Assembly (NCBI RefSeq): GCF_004010195.1
Contig: NC_057720.1
Coordinates: 21,487,882 to 21,551,881 of the forward strand
From: Chiloscyllium plagiosum
Lineage: Eukaryota
Reading direction: 5' to 3'
Length of the DNA stretch: 64,000 nucleotides
Positions within the stretch are counted from its first letter, which is position 1; each line of letters starts with the position of its first letter. This document shows positions 1-12,290 of the stretch, piece by piece. The notes under the pieces are model-generated. The model was not told where the DNA came from. It worked only from the letters and a program-made list of their open reading frames with translations, and made no database searches. Position numbers and translations under genes: made by a program.

Positions 1-1879
1 CCACCCACTCCCCACTCCGATCTCAGTCCAATCCCAGATCCTCCCATTCCTTTCTCTGCCTCAGATTACAAAAAGGAGGAATTGTGACCTTTTATAACCT
101 TAATTTCATTAGCGATAGTTTGAAGCAAAAAGATAGAGCAAGCAAAAACAGAGCAGTACTTTACCTAATAAATTGAGAGCGAACAAACGTTACTGCTTTT
201 GAGCATGATTTCTCCATATGCCAAACATTTTTCACTTTCAAATTGTGGTTTTTGTGAAGCTTCATTCATCATACCCATTCATCTTGAGTCATGGCCTCAT
301 GTACAATGTAAATACAGAGCAGGTTGAATAGCAATATTTATTCAGCTGTAAATGACAAGTAACAACTTAGTTTGTGCGTATTTATTTAAGTGTGCTATGA
401 ATAATCATAGCATGCAGACTCAAACTATGAGAAGCTGTTGAATTTGATTATGAATCTGATTAGGTATTCATCTTGCAGAATCTACTAACTACAGAAGTAC
501 AAAATGGCTGACAATTAGCAACTGAGGATGAATTGCTGAATGAAATGGAAATACATGGCAGAGACGATAAAATTGAAAGGTAAATGAACAAGACTTAATT
601 CGAATTAAGGGTAGCTCCGATTATGTAAATTTTCAAGGAAGTGCCCAGTTATAGCTCAATTGTACTGAAAACACATATAACTGTTAGTAAAAATCCTTTT
701 GTTTAGATACAAATTAAAGGCAGTCGGGTTACGCAAGACATATTGCAATAGTATTGCAGGATAAAAGTATATTGATCGCATTTGAAAAGAAAAGGATACA
801 TGGAAATATATAAAGCAGCAGGATATTCATTAGAATGAGCTTAATAAAGCACAAAGGCTTAGAGGCACAATGTGAGGGAAAATATATCCATCAAACACAA
901 TTAGATGTTCATATTTCTCATAGGAATGAAAGACTCGGCAAAAAGGATTAACAAAATTTATGCTTTCTTCATCGGTAGAAAGTGAAAACATTGCAAATTA
1001 AGTGTTATCTTTAAAGGCATACTGAATCAAAAACAAGTCAGCATTACCTTTGACAGCAAATAGTCACATTTGTGCTCCATGATTTCTATATTTAATGTTT
1101 TAATTCGTAATCCCATTCCAATCTTATTCCCATGTCGTACATTAGTGTCATTTCAGCTTCAAACCCTTTATTATCACGGTTGTTACAATCTACTTACATT
1201 CTTAACCTTTTCAGAACATTCTGAGTTGGTAATATCTTTAGCTGCATTATTTTTGAGACTGTAACAAAAACCTTGCCCAGAAAATTGACAACAATGCTTA
1301 TAAAATCCTCTTAAAAGATCTGCATGTGTAATAAATGCACATACATACTATTCTGTGTTTAATAAATGCAGCACCACAGATTATTATTCTGACATGCATA
1401 ACTGTAATCCAATTCTGCCTTCTGTATGTTATGTTAAAATGGGAAGCAAAACATGCTGAGAAACAAGCATTTTTAACACTTTATTTCAGGAAGTCAAAAA
1501 AAATCAATATTTCATTCCAATTTATTTCTGATTTTACATGCATTGGCTTGACACATTAAGAATCTTTCACAGTCCAGAATGAACTATGAAAAATTATGAA
1601 AGAAATTGAACTTGAACTTATATGTTGTCTGCATTTATATTTATTGTTAATATTTATGTTTGTAGTGCACCAGAATATATTCAATAATTTAAAACATCTC
1701 CAGTGTGTATTTTGTAATAGATTGTATTAGTCAGATACGATAGTAAGCTTTAGTACAGAGCTAAGTAGGATTCTGCATTTCTGTATTGTTTGGCATTGTT
1801 TAAATTGAATTGCAACAGTGTGAAAACTGTACAAAATCAGGAACAAAATGGTGATGAGCAGTATATTCTCCTGACTTAC

Positions 1880-1937
1880 CACCAGCACACAATAAACACA
1901 AAAATGTTAATAGATGATTTTGTAAAAAGATACTCAT
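1880..1937 (-). CDS. Candidate first coding exon encoding a signal peptide (MSIFLQNHLLTFLCLLCAG + phase-1 intron); host gene unidentified
   Basis: ATG at 1937 with A at -3 (cacaATG), 19 codons with a hydrophobic core ending C-A-G, then a consensus donor GTG|gtaagt at 1880/1879. Lies in unique AT-rich sequence. Confidence 0.5.
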
Positions 1938-4900
1938 TGTGAAAAATTGTATGGGGCTTTGTTCGGTTCCTATGCTGTTAAGGTCACTCTTTTATTGGGG
2001 ATGTGTCAGAGCTCATATTTAATAACATTAGGCAGTGCTAACGAGGACCTCTGCTGTTATAGTAATGAAGCAAGCTTCTTGTACTACATTTCACAGATTA
2101 TCAACAAGTGCAATAAACAACAGACTTTTTTTTCATTTGAAAAGGTTATAACATCCCCAAACCATAAGATTGCACACCCTGCCCCCACCCCCAGCTGAAT
2201 GCTCCGCTAATCTTCCTTTTACAAAAAGGAAGAGGAGACATTACGTACTTAATGAAACGACCCAGCCCCATATAATCTGACCAGGGTAGTGCTCTGGAGA
2301 GCGATCACTACATCCTCAGGTCTTCAGTCCTTCCTGCAAAAGGAACTGATGATGGAAGTGCATCCCTGCTGGGAAAAGAAAGCAGAGCCTCTATGAACCA
2401 CATCATTCACTCTAACACCCTGTGGCATTTCATAATACTTTAACACCTGTGTCCATCAAAGTTGCCCACATATAATTTCTGCCCCAGTTATGGTGAACTT
2501 TGTAATTTCCCTGACTGACAGTCTAATATCTGTTTGGTTTCACATCTGACAATCTTTGGAGATAGGCCTGCTTGAAGAAAGTCAAAGCATTAAAGTGACA
2601 GCCATTATTTTTGTAGCTTTGGAAGTCAGTATTAACGTTCACAGGAAATGTGTTCTGCTAAGGTCCTTTGTTTAGTCCACATGACACAATTCCAGAAAGA
2701 TTACATTAAAATGCAGGGGTCATCTGCAGCAACCTCTCTTTTACCAGCCTCTTGGGTGCAGGGTGGGGGATTGCTGATTTATATTGTATACATCTAAATA
2801 TGTTGTCCTTCAAAGAGAACTACTGGCTTTATCAGATATTTTATTGTGCTACTAGGCTTAGAATAGGATTGGCATAAAGATGCTTGGAATACTAAAGAAG
2901 CTTCTTTCTAAAGAAATAATCTGTTCATAAAATACATTCTCTTTGTGGATTGCAGTGTTACCTACTTTTGACAGACTAGTATCAATGCAATTGTTAACCT
3001 ATGATTTTTTTTCTTGAAATCTAAGATTACCCTTCTAACTAAAGTGATATAAATCAAAAAAGTTTTTTTTCCCCAACAAAATTATGAATTAAGAAATACT
3101 TGGCAGGTTTCCTTACCTCCAGTAATGTGGACACTTTGTACAAAAGCATGCTCACAAGCATTTTGAAAGCATTATAGATTCTCTATTCTTTTGAGTTTAG
3201 CAAAATGCTTTCAAAATTGACAAGAAAATGAAAACATTTGATTTTAATAGAAGGTTATGCAAGCTAGTATACGTTATATAAAGTTTTCTGTGCTAAACTG
3301 CACTTACTTTTGAAACATCCTGCCCTGCCGAAGAAACCTGACTATAGAACTCATTTTCAAACATTTGATAAAACAACTGGAAATAATTCATTAAAACTTA
3401 TTATAATTTAAGAAATGGTGATCCTTAAGAGATCTATGCATGCTCCAGAAAATAAGTTTTTGATTCTTGGTCAGTAAGTTTCAAGAAAGCAAAAGCACAG
3501 TTGACACTGCACAATATATACACATGAAATTACAAGTATAGTGATGTGCCTGTTTAAAGTTAGTAAAAGAATTGAAGCATATTTTTGTTAATGGATGGCG
3601 TTTGAAACACCTATCAACTATTCACCGAGGTGATAGAATAATTAAAGATCAGAGTTCTTCAGTAAAATAAATGAACATTAAGATGCATATTACTCATTAC
3701 TGTTAAACAAATGAAATGGTCAGGTATCAAGTTGATTGGGGTGAAGTGAGTGAGATTTATTTGAGAGCCAAAGATGCACAGTATCACTCCAGATAAGGGC
3801 AAACAAAATTTATCTCTAAACAACAGAAAGTTTACTTGGTGTGACCATGAGATCATAAAAATAAAATAAAGCAAAGATTAACTTTGCTGACAGGGTATGT
3901 AAAATACATTGTACGTAGCAAGGATAGTTAGTAGTAAATCATCCTGTCTAACAGTCAGACACGCTCTCTCCTTTTATATTCCCACCTGCAATGTCAATTG
4001 TTACAGAGAATAATAAAACAGGTTATTCAGTCTTTGTCACTTCACCCTTTTCGCAATGTTTTTCTTGCAATGACTGTAGTCGCATTTAAAAGGAGGGGTT
4101 ACAGCCATCTACTTTGCAGATGTTATTGAAGGAATAAAGAAATGTTAGATTCTGTGTATTTCTGAAATTACACTTTGCAATACTGAACACTCAGAATTCA
4201 CTAGTTCAGGTTTCAATGAGTGGGTGAATATGATTTATATATTAAAAATATATATTTACATAGGATACCTCTGTTTTTACTGAGTTGTTGCCTAAAGGAT
4301 CGCAGTGGGAGACAGAAATGGATGCATACCCCATATAGCATAAGATATTCATGATAATGTTTTTACTTTCTCGAGTGAATTATTTTGTCCAATGCACAAA
4401 TGAGTAACAGTCTTATAATACAATTCTTTCTGCATTATTATACATTTGCAATATTTATGTGCAGATAGTAACTTGACAGCACAACCAGTATTCTAACAAC
4501 ATGTTCTTGGTATGGTGGTCTATTTTTACTGCAGGCTAGAAGAGTGTTCGGTATTACCTGATAATCCTTAAGGTCACTGGTTATGTGGGGTTTCTAATTA
4601 ATTTACAGATACAATGGTCCAGTTTCAGCAGTTGCAATGATGTGAAACCGTTGGTGTTTGATGTGATTACACCTGCGAAACAGATTTCTGGTGTCCACGT
4701 GTTCCTAGCCAAACACTGAGGACTGGAGTTTTGCATCAGGGGCCAGAAATTGCAGTCGGGAAAGTCTCTAGGTCCCTGGCCTGCCCCCATGAACAACAGT
4801 CACTGACCTGGGATTTCCATAGGCAATGTCTTAATGGGCATGGAGGCAGGTTCTCTGTCAAATTTGGGGTGGAGGGTGGGCTCTTAAAGCTACTGGGTGT

Positions 4901-4987
4901 AATATTATGGTTTGTGAAGGCTGAAGATGGGCAAACTTGTATACACCAGCTGCCATAATGTAATGCAAAAGAATGTATAAATGAAAT

Positions 4988-6470
4988 CCAAAATTCACTG
5001 GAATCTGGGGCAGTTCCAACAGACTGAAAAACAGCAAATATGACGCCATTGTTTAAAAAAAAGGAGGTAGACAAAAGATGGGGAATTATAAATCAGTTAG
5101 CATAACTTCTGTAGTGGGGAAAATGCTTGAGTCTATTATCAAGGAAGAAATAGCAATGCATCTAGTTAGAAATTGTCCCATTGGGCAGATGCAGCATGGG
5201 TTCATGAAGGGCAGATCATGCTGAACTAATCTACCAGAATTCTGTGAAGACACTACGAGCACAGTGAACAACAGGGACCCAGTAGATGTGGTGCATCTGA
5301 TTTCCAAAAGACATTCAACAAGGTGCCACACATAAGATATAGATGCAAGGCATTACAGGCAATGTATTAGCATGGTTTGAGGATTGGTCAACTAACAGGA
5401 AGCAAAGAGTGGGGATGAATGAATGCTTTTCTGGTTGACAATCAGTGACTAGTGGGGTGCCTCAGGAATCAGTGTTCGGACTGCAACTATTCACAACTTA
5501 CATAGATGGTTTGGAGTTGGGGACCACATGTAGTGTGTCAAAGTTTGTGGATAACACTAAGATGAGTGGTAGAACAAAGTATGCAGAGGACTGTGAAACT
5601 TTGCAAAAAGACATAGATAGTTTAAGTGAGCGGGCAAAGGTCTGGCAGGTGAAGTACAATGTTAATAAATGTGAAGTCCTCCGTTTTGATAGGGGTAACA
5701 ATAGAAAGGATTATTGCTTGAATGGTAAAATAAAATTGCAGCATGCTGCTATGCAGAGGGACCCAGGTGTCCTTGTGTATGAATTACAGAAGGTTGGTTT
5801 GGAGGAAATTAAGCAGGCAAATGGAATTTTGTATTTCATTGCGAAAGGGATTGAGTTTAAAAGCAGGGAGGTTATGTTGCAGCTGTACAGGATGCTGATG
5901 AGCCATACCTGGAGTATTGCATGCAGTTTTGGTCTCCTTACTTAAGAAAGGATGCACTGGTATTGGAGGGCGTGCAGAGGAGGCTCACTAGGTTGATTTT
6001 GAAGTCGAGAGGGTTGGCTCATGAGGAGAGACTGAGTAGATTGGGATTATATTCATTGGAATTTAGATGAATGAGGGGAGATTCTTATAGAAACATGTAA
6101 AATTATGAAGGGAATAGATAGAATAGAAGTAGAGAGGATGGCGGGTGGAACTAGGATGAGACCATAGCCTGAAAATGAGGGGGAGCAGATTTAGGACTGA
6201 ATTGAGAATGAACTTCTTCACCAGAGGGTTGTGTCTCTTTGGAATTCTCTGCCCAGTGAAGTAGTTGAGGCCACCTCAGTAGATGTTTTCAAAGCTAAGA
6301 TAGATAACTTTTTGAACAATAAAGGAATTAGAAGTTATAGTGAGAGTGGGGGGGGGGGGGGGGGAGTGGGGCTGAGACCACGAGAAGATCAGCCATGATC
6401 TTACTGAATGGCAGAGTGTGTTCAAAGGGCCAGATGGCCTACTCCTGCTCCTAGTTCTTATGTTCTTATG
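4988..6470 (+). mobile_element. 5'-truncated CR1 LINE (RT domain to 3' UTR), degenerate
   Basis: Translates to CR1 RT motifs (TSVVGKMLESIIK, SGVPQESVFGLQLF, SKFVDNTK, KCEVLRF) with stops/frameshifts; ends in a (GTTCTTAT)n tail at 6454-6470. Confidence 0.93.
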
Positions 6471-6699
6471 AGAGACTTTGAGGGTGAAGAGTCATTGCTT
6501 CAGCACTGTAGGACCCAGTCATGTAAAGCTGTATATAGTTCCTTCAATACACAATAAAAATTGTTGTTATTTGAATATACCAATGACTCAGTAATCTTTC
6601 TGAAGCTCAACTAATCATCAAACAACATAAAGGAGGCTGTGATGGATTCCAAAACACTGGAGATTCAACTTTAGAATCAGACCAGAGAAAGTGGTCCAG

Positions 6700-7904
6700 G
6701 AGGTTGGGGTATAATAGCAGGGAAACCTTACTGCAAATGTACAAGGTACTGGTGAAACCATATCTGGACGAATGAGAGCAATTTTGGTCCCCTCATTTTA
6801 AGGAAAGATATTATTTCATTGGCGGCAGTTCAGAGAAGGTTGACTAGGGTATTCCCCAGTATGAAGGGATTGGCTTATGAGCAAAGGCTAAACATGTTGG
6901 GACTCTACTCACTCGAATTTAGAAGAATGCGAGGTGATCTCATTGAAACATAGAGTCATAGAGATGTACAGCATGGAAACAGACCCTTCGGTCCAACCCA
7001 TCCATGACAACCAGATATCCCAACCCAATCTAGTCCCACCTGCCAGCACCCAGCCCATATCCCTCCAAACCCTTCCTATTCATATACCCATCCAGATGCC
7101 TTTTAAATGTTGCAATTGTACCAGCCTCCACCACATCCTCTGGCAGCTCATTTCATACACATACCACACTCTGTGTGAAAAAGTTGCCCCTTAGGACTCT
7201 TTTATATCTTTCCCCTCTCACCCTAAACCTATGTCCTCTAGTTCTGGACTCTCCCATTCTGGGGGATTCTGGGTAATCCAAGATGAAGGGCAGGAAAAAT
7301 TTCTGGCTGCAACAGCTGCTCCTTTTTTTAGGTATTTTAGATGTTGGAGGTGATTTCCTCGAATTCCAGGAGCAGCAATTACTGTTTTATATGCTGTTGC
7401 ATTGTTTTGGAACTTTGGAGAAAAAAAAGTCAAAACAACAGCACTTTTAAAAGGGAGAAGAGCAGACAAAGGAAGCATATGGTCAGGTCAGTGCAGGAGA
7501 CGGAGAGAGAAAGAAACCCACATTGTTAACGGACAAAGTTAGCAGTTACTGCCTTTGCTGTTGAATTCCTGTATCACTGGACATTGGAGTGCGTCTGGGA
7601 AAATTAGAAAACAGTCAAATTCACGACTGATCTTGGAAGAACCTGTCTGGGAGCACTCATAGCACAGAAGCAGATAAGTGAAACATATTGGATACAGAAG
7701 GGCTTGACAGGGTAAATGCTGAGAGGATGATTCCCCTACTGTGAGAGTCTAGGACTAGAGGGCATAGTCTCAGAATGAACAAGGACCATTTAAAACTCAG
7801 ATGTGGAGGAATTTCTTCTCTGAGTGTCTTTGGACCTTTTTGCCACAGAGAACTATGGGGGAAAGAACCTTGTATCCATTTAAGGCTGAGATAGTTACTT
7901 GAAA
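6700..7904 (+). mobile_element. Old CR1 fragment split by nested insertions (pieces ~6700-6948 and ~7693-7904)
   Basis: CR1 ORF2 C-terminal text (LQMYKVLVKPYL...RRMRGDLIET) stops at 6948 and resumes at ~7693 (KGLDRVNAERMIP). Confidence 0.7.
6949..7262 (-). mobile_element. CR1 LINE 3' fragment
   Basis: Starts with the reverse-complemented (CTATGACT)n tail (catagagtcatagag); closely matches the 3' end of the CR1 at 8597-9577. Confidence 0.9.
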
Positions 7905-8131
7905 TAGGCAAAAGTGAGGACTGCAGGTACTGAAGATTAGAGTCATATTAGAGTGGTGCTGGAAAGGCACAGCAGGTCAGACAGTATCCGAGGAGCAGGG
8001 AAATTGACGTTTTGGGCAGGAGCCCTTCATCAGGAATCTTGATGAAAGGCTCCTGCCTGAAACGTTGATTTTCCTGCTCCTCGGAAGCTGCCTGACCTGC
8101 TATGCATTTCCAGCGCCACTCTAATCTTGAG
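7905..8131. mobile_element. Palindromic Penelope-terminus mini-element with degenerate hammerhead cores
   Basis: ~90-bp inverted arms centred at ~8035 (catcaggaatcttgatga); perfect 12-bp TSD agttacttgaaa at 7893-7904 and 8132-8143. Confidence 0.88.
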
Positions 8132-8596
8132 AGTTACTTGAAAGCAGAACAAAACCAATCCGCCCAACTACAATCCCAGTAGTCCATTGTCAAGCTTCAA
8201 CAAGGGACTGGAAGATGTTGTCAACAGTGCTATCAAGCTCAGATGTCCACGGCCACCATTGACCATCCTACATGACAAGATAGCAATCTTATTTAATGAT
8301 ATTGAATTCTTGCTTAGCTGTGGACAGTGGATGGAGAACTCAAAATATCTGCAAGAATTTCATCACATATTGATGTAGGCTGAGAAATGTACCCACATCA
8401 GCAAATACAGCACATAAAGTTGTCCAGTGCAGTGGCATGGTGCTAAAGATCTTCATTGAGCCAAGGAAGCATTTCAGTATTGGATTCAAGACTGAAAACA
8501 GTTCTACCAAAAAACAACAAGCTTATGACAGGAGATATCATATCAGGGATGTACCCATGTTGACGAAGGGAGAAAAGGTTTAGGTTAGGTCCACTA

Positions 8597-9577
8597 CTTT
8601 ATGTCATTTATATAAATGATTTAGATGTGAGCATAAGAGGTATAGTTAGTGAGTTTGCAGATGACACCAAAATTGAGGGTGTAGTGGACAGCGAAGAAGG
8701 TTACCATGGATTACAACAGGATCTGGACCAGATTGGCCAATGGGCTGAGGAGTGGCAGATGGAGTTTAATTTAGATAAATGCGAGGTGCTGCATTTTTGG
8801 AAAGCAAATTTTAGGAGGACATATATACTTAATGATAAGGTCCTAGGGAGTGTTGCTGAACAAAGAGACCTCGGAGTGCAGGTTCATAGCTCCTTGAACG
8901 TGGAGTCATAGGTAGATAGGATAGTGAAGAAGGTGTTTGGTATGCTTTCCTTTATTGGTCAGAGTATTGAGTACAGGAGTTGGGAGGTCATTTGCGGCTG
9001 TACAGGAAATTGGTTAGGCCACTTTTGGAATATTGCATGCAATTCTGATCTCCTTCCTATCAGAAGGATGTTGTGAAACTTGAAAGGGTTCAGAAAAGAT
9101 TTACAAGGATGTTGCCAGGGTTGGAGGATTTGAGATATAGGGAGAGGCTGAACAGGCTGGGGCAGTTTTCCCTAGAACATCAGAAGCTGAGGGGCCACCG
9201 TTGTAGAGGTTTATAAAATCATGAGGGGCATGGATAGGATAAATAGACAAAGTATTTTCCCTGGGGTGGGGGAGTCCAGAACTAGAGGGCATAGGTTTAG
9301 GGTGAGAAGGGAATGATATAAAAGAGATCTAAGGGGCAACATTTTCACACAGAAGGTGGTGCTTTTGTGGAATGGGCTGCCAGAGGAAGTGTGGAGGCTG
9401 GTACAATTGCAGCATTTAAAAGGCATTTGGATGGGTATATGAATAGGAAAGGTTTGGAGGATACGGGCGGGGTACTGGCAAGTGGCAGATGGGACTACAT
9501 TGGGTCGGGATATCTGGTCGGCATGGATGAGTTGGACCAAAAGGTTTGTTTCCATGCTGTACATCTCTATGACTCTA
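8597..9577 (+). mobile_element. 5'-truncated CR1 LINE
   Basis: ORF 8627-8911 has SEFADDTK, LQQDLD, WQMEFNLDKCEVLHF; the 3' UTR ends gctgtacatctctatgactcta. Confidence 0.95.
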
Positions 9578-9818
9578 GAGACCAAGGGACAGAAGGAGTA
9601 ACAGCATAGAGCAATAATAATAAACAGATGTTATTTAGTATCCACTACAGAAAGCACTATATGTTGAAATCAAGTGAATCTTATTTCTATTAATCAAAAA
9701 TGATAATAGGTCATACGTTTGGATGAATCAGACATTGAGGCAGAAATTCGTGAAGAGATAGCTGTTGCAGATCTGATTGAAGGCCGTCGAAATCAAGAAA
9801 CAGCTTTTCAGAGAATGA

Positions 9819-10006
9819 CTGGAGGCTGGAAGAACACAGCAAGCCAGGCAACATCAGGAGGTGGAGACGTTGACATTTCGGGTGTAACCCTTCTTTAGGA
9901 CACCCGAAATGTTGAGTTCTCCACTTCCTGATGCTACTTGGCTGCTCTGTTCTTCCAGCCTTCTGCCTGTCCACTTTGGATTCCAACGTCTGCAGTTTTT
10001 TGTCTC
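9819..10006. mobile_element. Palindromic Penelope-terminus mini-element (subfamily with GGGU-UAC-ACCC stem II)
   Basis: Inverted arms around ~9895; minus strand reads tcctaaagaagggttacacccgaaatgtc (decayed HHR); perfect 13-bp TSD tttcagagaatga at 9806-9818 and 10007-10019. Confidence 0.85.
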
Positions 10007-10674
10007 TTTCAGAGAATGAGACAGACATCCTGACTACTGAGTTTCTACATCTGAGAAGCACACGGTAAGGTAGGGTTTGAAAGCCTCCTGACAGACTGAA
10101 TCTATGATGTCAGAGATTTAAGGCACGGGGACAATGGAGAACAGGGTAGTACATAAATATGAAAGTAATAGAATATGGACAAAAACTTGGTGGAGGGGGA
10201 AATGTGCTATTAAGGTTTGTAAGTATTGTTATTTTGGCCCATATAAATAATACCTCCAATAATGCTGTGAGAGCTCACATGACTGAAATACTCGGAGTGA
10301 AAATGATCATGGCTTCTTCCCTGTAAGACTGAGACAAGTAGGGCTGTTGTTGTTTGAACGTACCACTGATTCAGTAAATTCTCTGTGGTTCACTGTCATC
10401 AACCCACTACCCAAAACCACTGATTCCTTCCAGTTTCATGGGAGCAGCAGGCTGCAGTGGATGGCAAATAACAGAGGGCATTTCAACATAGCAGCAGCCG
10501 CTTCCCAATTTTCTAAATCTTGTAGTTAAAAAGAGACACAGCAGCCAGGCCACCAACGTGGAGAGTGAAGTGGACAGCCCCTATACAGACTGGCCTGTGG
10601 CTCTTCCTCGATGTGGGCAGAGAAGGTGTGTCTCTAGGCTTGACTGGACAGTACCCCTTTACCCAGCTCCAGCT

Positions 10675-11351
10675 TAGATTTCCTGCAGTATGGAAACAGG
10701 CCCTTCGGCCCAATAAGTCCATACCGACCCTCCGAAGAGTAGCCCACCCAGATTCATTCCCCTACTCTACATTTACCCCTGATTTAAAGGATTGGACACT
10801 CTGGAGTCAGGAAGCATGTTTCAGTTGATGGGTGAGTCCTGAACCAGAGGACACAACTTAAAAATAAGGCTACTTAGAACAGAGTTGTGGAGAAACTTCT
10901 TCACCCAGAGAGTGTTGGGTGTATGGAATGCCCTGCCCCAGAAGGCTGTGGAGGCCAAGTCTCTGGATACTTTCAAGAAAGAGTTGGATAGAACTGTTAA
11001 GGATAGTGGAATCAAGGGTAATGGGGATAAGGCAGGAACAGGATACTGATTGTGGATGATCAGCCATGATCATAATGAATGGTGGTGCTGGCTCGAAGGG
11101 CAGAATGGCCTACTCCTGCACCTATTGTTTATTGTCTATTGTCTAATGCACCTAGCACTATGGGCAATTTAGCATGGCCAATTCACCTGACCTGCACATC
11201 TTCGGACTATGGGAGGAAACCCAAGTAGCTGAAGGAAATCTACACTGGGGAGAATGTGCAAACTCCACACAGACAGTCGTCCAAGGTGTGAATCAAACCC
11301 AGGTCCCTGGCACTGTGAGGCAGCAGAGCTAACCACTGAGCCACCATGCCA
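10675..11351 (-). mobile_element. HE1-type tRNA-derived V-SINE, split by a CR1 insertion
   Basis: tRNA-like head (ggtggctcagtggttagc...) at ~11290-11351, V-domain gtgtggagtttgcacattctcccc; 3' tail part at 10675-10782. Confidence 0.9.
10783..11142 (+). mobile_element. CR1 3' fragment nested in the HE1 SINE
   Basis: RNFFTQRVLGVWNALPQKAVEA motif; (CTATTGT)n tail at ~11122-11142. Confidence 0.9.
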
Positions 11352-11974
11352 CTCTGTTCCACCCAGCCTTCTATTATCATGAATACTTAATTGGTTTAAA
11401 GAAAAAGTTACAAAACTGTGATGTTTTAGGTTTTAATGTAATTCCCAATCTTCACTTTGCTGTCTGTAAAATTTGTAAAATGTGAAGGGTAATCACTGTA
11501 TTTAACTCTTCACGTGCGTCCGAGAGAATGCTTCAAATTGATTTACTACTGCATAGAGTACAGTTTAGATTTGCTGGATGCATCACACATCTAGACTAGT
11601 GAAATGTATCTGCATACAATGCATCAATAACTAGGATTAATATTGTTCAGAGCATGCATTCAGTTCTATTTCACTACAATTTGTCATCTGTAAATCTTTC
11701 ACAAGTGAACCACATTGCGCAGTAAAGCTGTTGATAGTCGAGATGCTAAATGGCAGCCACTACAGCAACAACAGCAATATGGTAAAAGATCTCAAGGTGC
11801 TCCATTGGAGTATAATCAGTGAAAAAAGTTGACACTGAACGACAAAGAGGTATCAAAATAAATGGATTTTACAATGTGTTTTAAGGTTGAGAGATTTGAG
11901 GATTTTGCCATTGTCTTTTGTTAGTGAGCAGTCATTTTAAACAGCTTTTTCTTCTTTCTTGAGCCTTTGTTAGA

Positions 11975-12290
11975 AAGGCCAGAATTTTATCATCTATTCT
12001 AATTCCCCTTGAGAAGGTGGTGGTAAGACGCTTTCTTGCACTGCCACAGTATAAAGGGTAGGGATAACTATAGTGCTGCAAAGAAAAGTATTCCAGGATA
12101 TTAACTTAGTGACAGTGAAGATGTAGTGATCTGGTTCCAAGTCAGGATGGTGTGTGGCTTGGAGGGGAACGTACAGGTGGTGTCTCCATGCATCTGCTGC
12201 TCTTGTCTTTCTAGGTGGCTGAGTCCTGGGTTTGGAGGGTACTATTTGAGTAGGTTGTGAAGCTTGTAAAATTGCAGATGAATTTCTGCA
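11975..12290 (-). mobile_element. 3' end of a CR1/L2-group LINE (same family as 22925-23462)
   Basis: cccttgagaaggtggtggt...ttccaagtcaggatggtg...cttggaggggaa matches 22995-23141. Confidence 0.65.

Larger units (their letters stand above)
8480..10260 (+). mobile_element. Gypsy-type LTR retrotransposon remnant (integrase C-terminus, PPT, start of 3' LTR), interrupted by a CR1 and a PLE mini-element
   Basis: KQQAYDRRYHIRDVPMLTKGEKV*VR (~8512-8589) before the CR1; LRSTR*GRV*KPPDRLNL* ending 10107; purine tract ggagggggaaa then TG at ~10192-10204. Confidence 0.65.

Noticed and set aside
165..265. Minus-strand ATG-to-donor frame MKLHKNHNLKVK...SQFI(R)|gtaaag
   Set aside because: No recognisable protein features; easily a chance occurrence in AT-rich DNA.
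2324..2378. Possible type III hammerhead (hairpin followed by CUGAUGA...GAAA)
   Set aside because: No NUH triplet at the required position and no convincing stems II or III.
6348..6364. Poly-G tracts (also 15318-15338, and poly-C ~46242-46257)
   Set aside because: Simple homopolymer expansions with no evidence of function.
7905..8131. Palindromes read as DNA-transposon MITEs or CRISPR-like repeats
   Set aside because: Arms are unequal, TSDs are long and variable (10-17 bp), and the sequence continues into a GIY-YIG PLE ORF at 17946-18581. There is no repeat-spacer array.
10118..10138. ttaaggcacgggg resembling the miR-124 5' end
   Set aside because: Match limited to ~10 nt, no hairpin, and it lies in the Gypsy 3' UTR.
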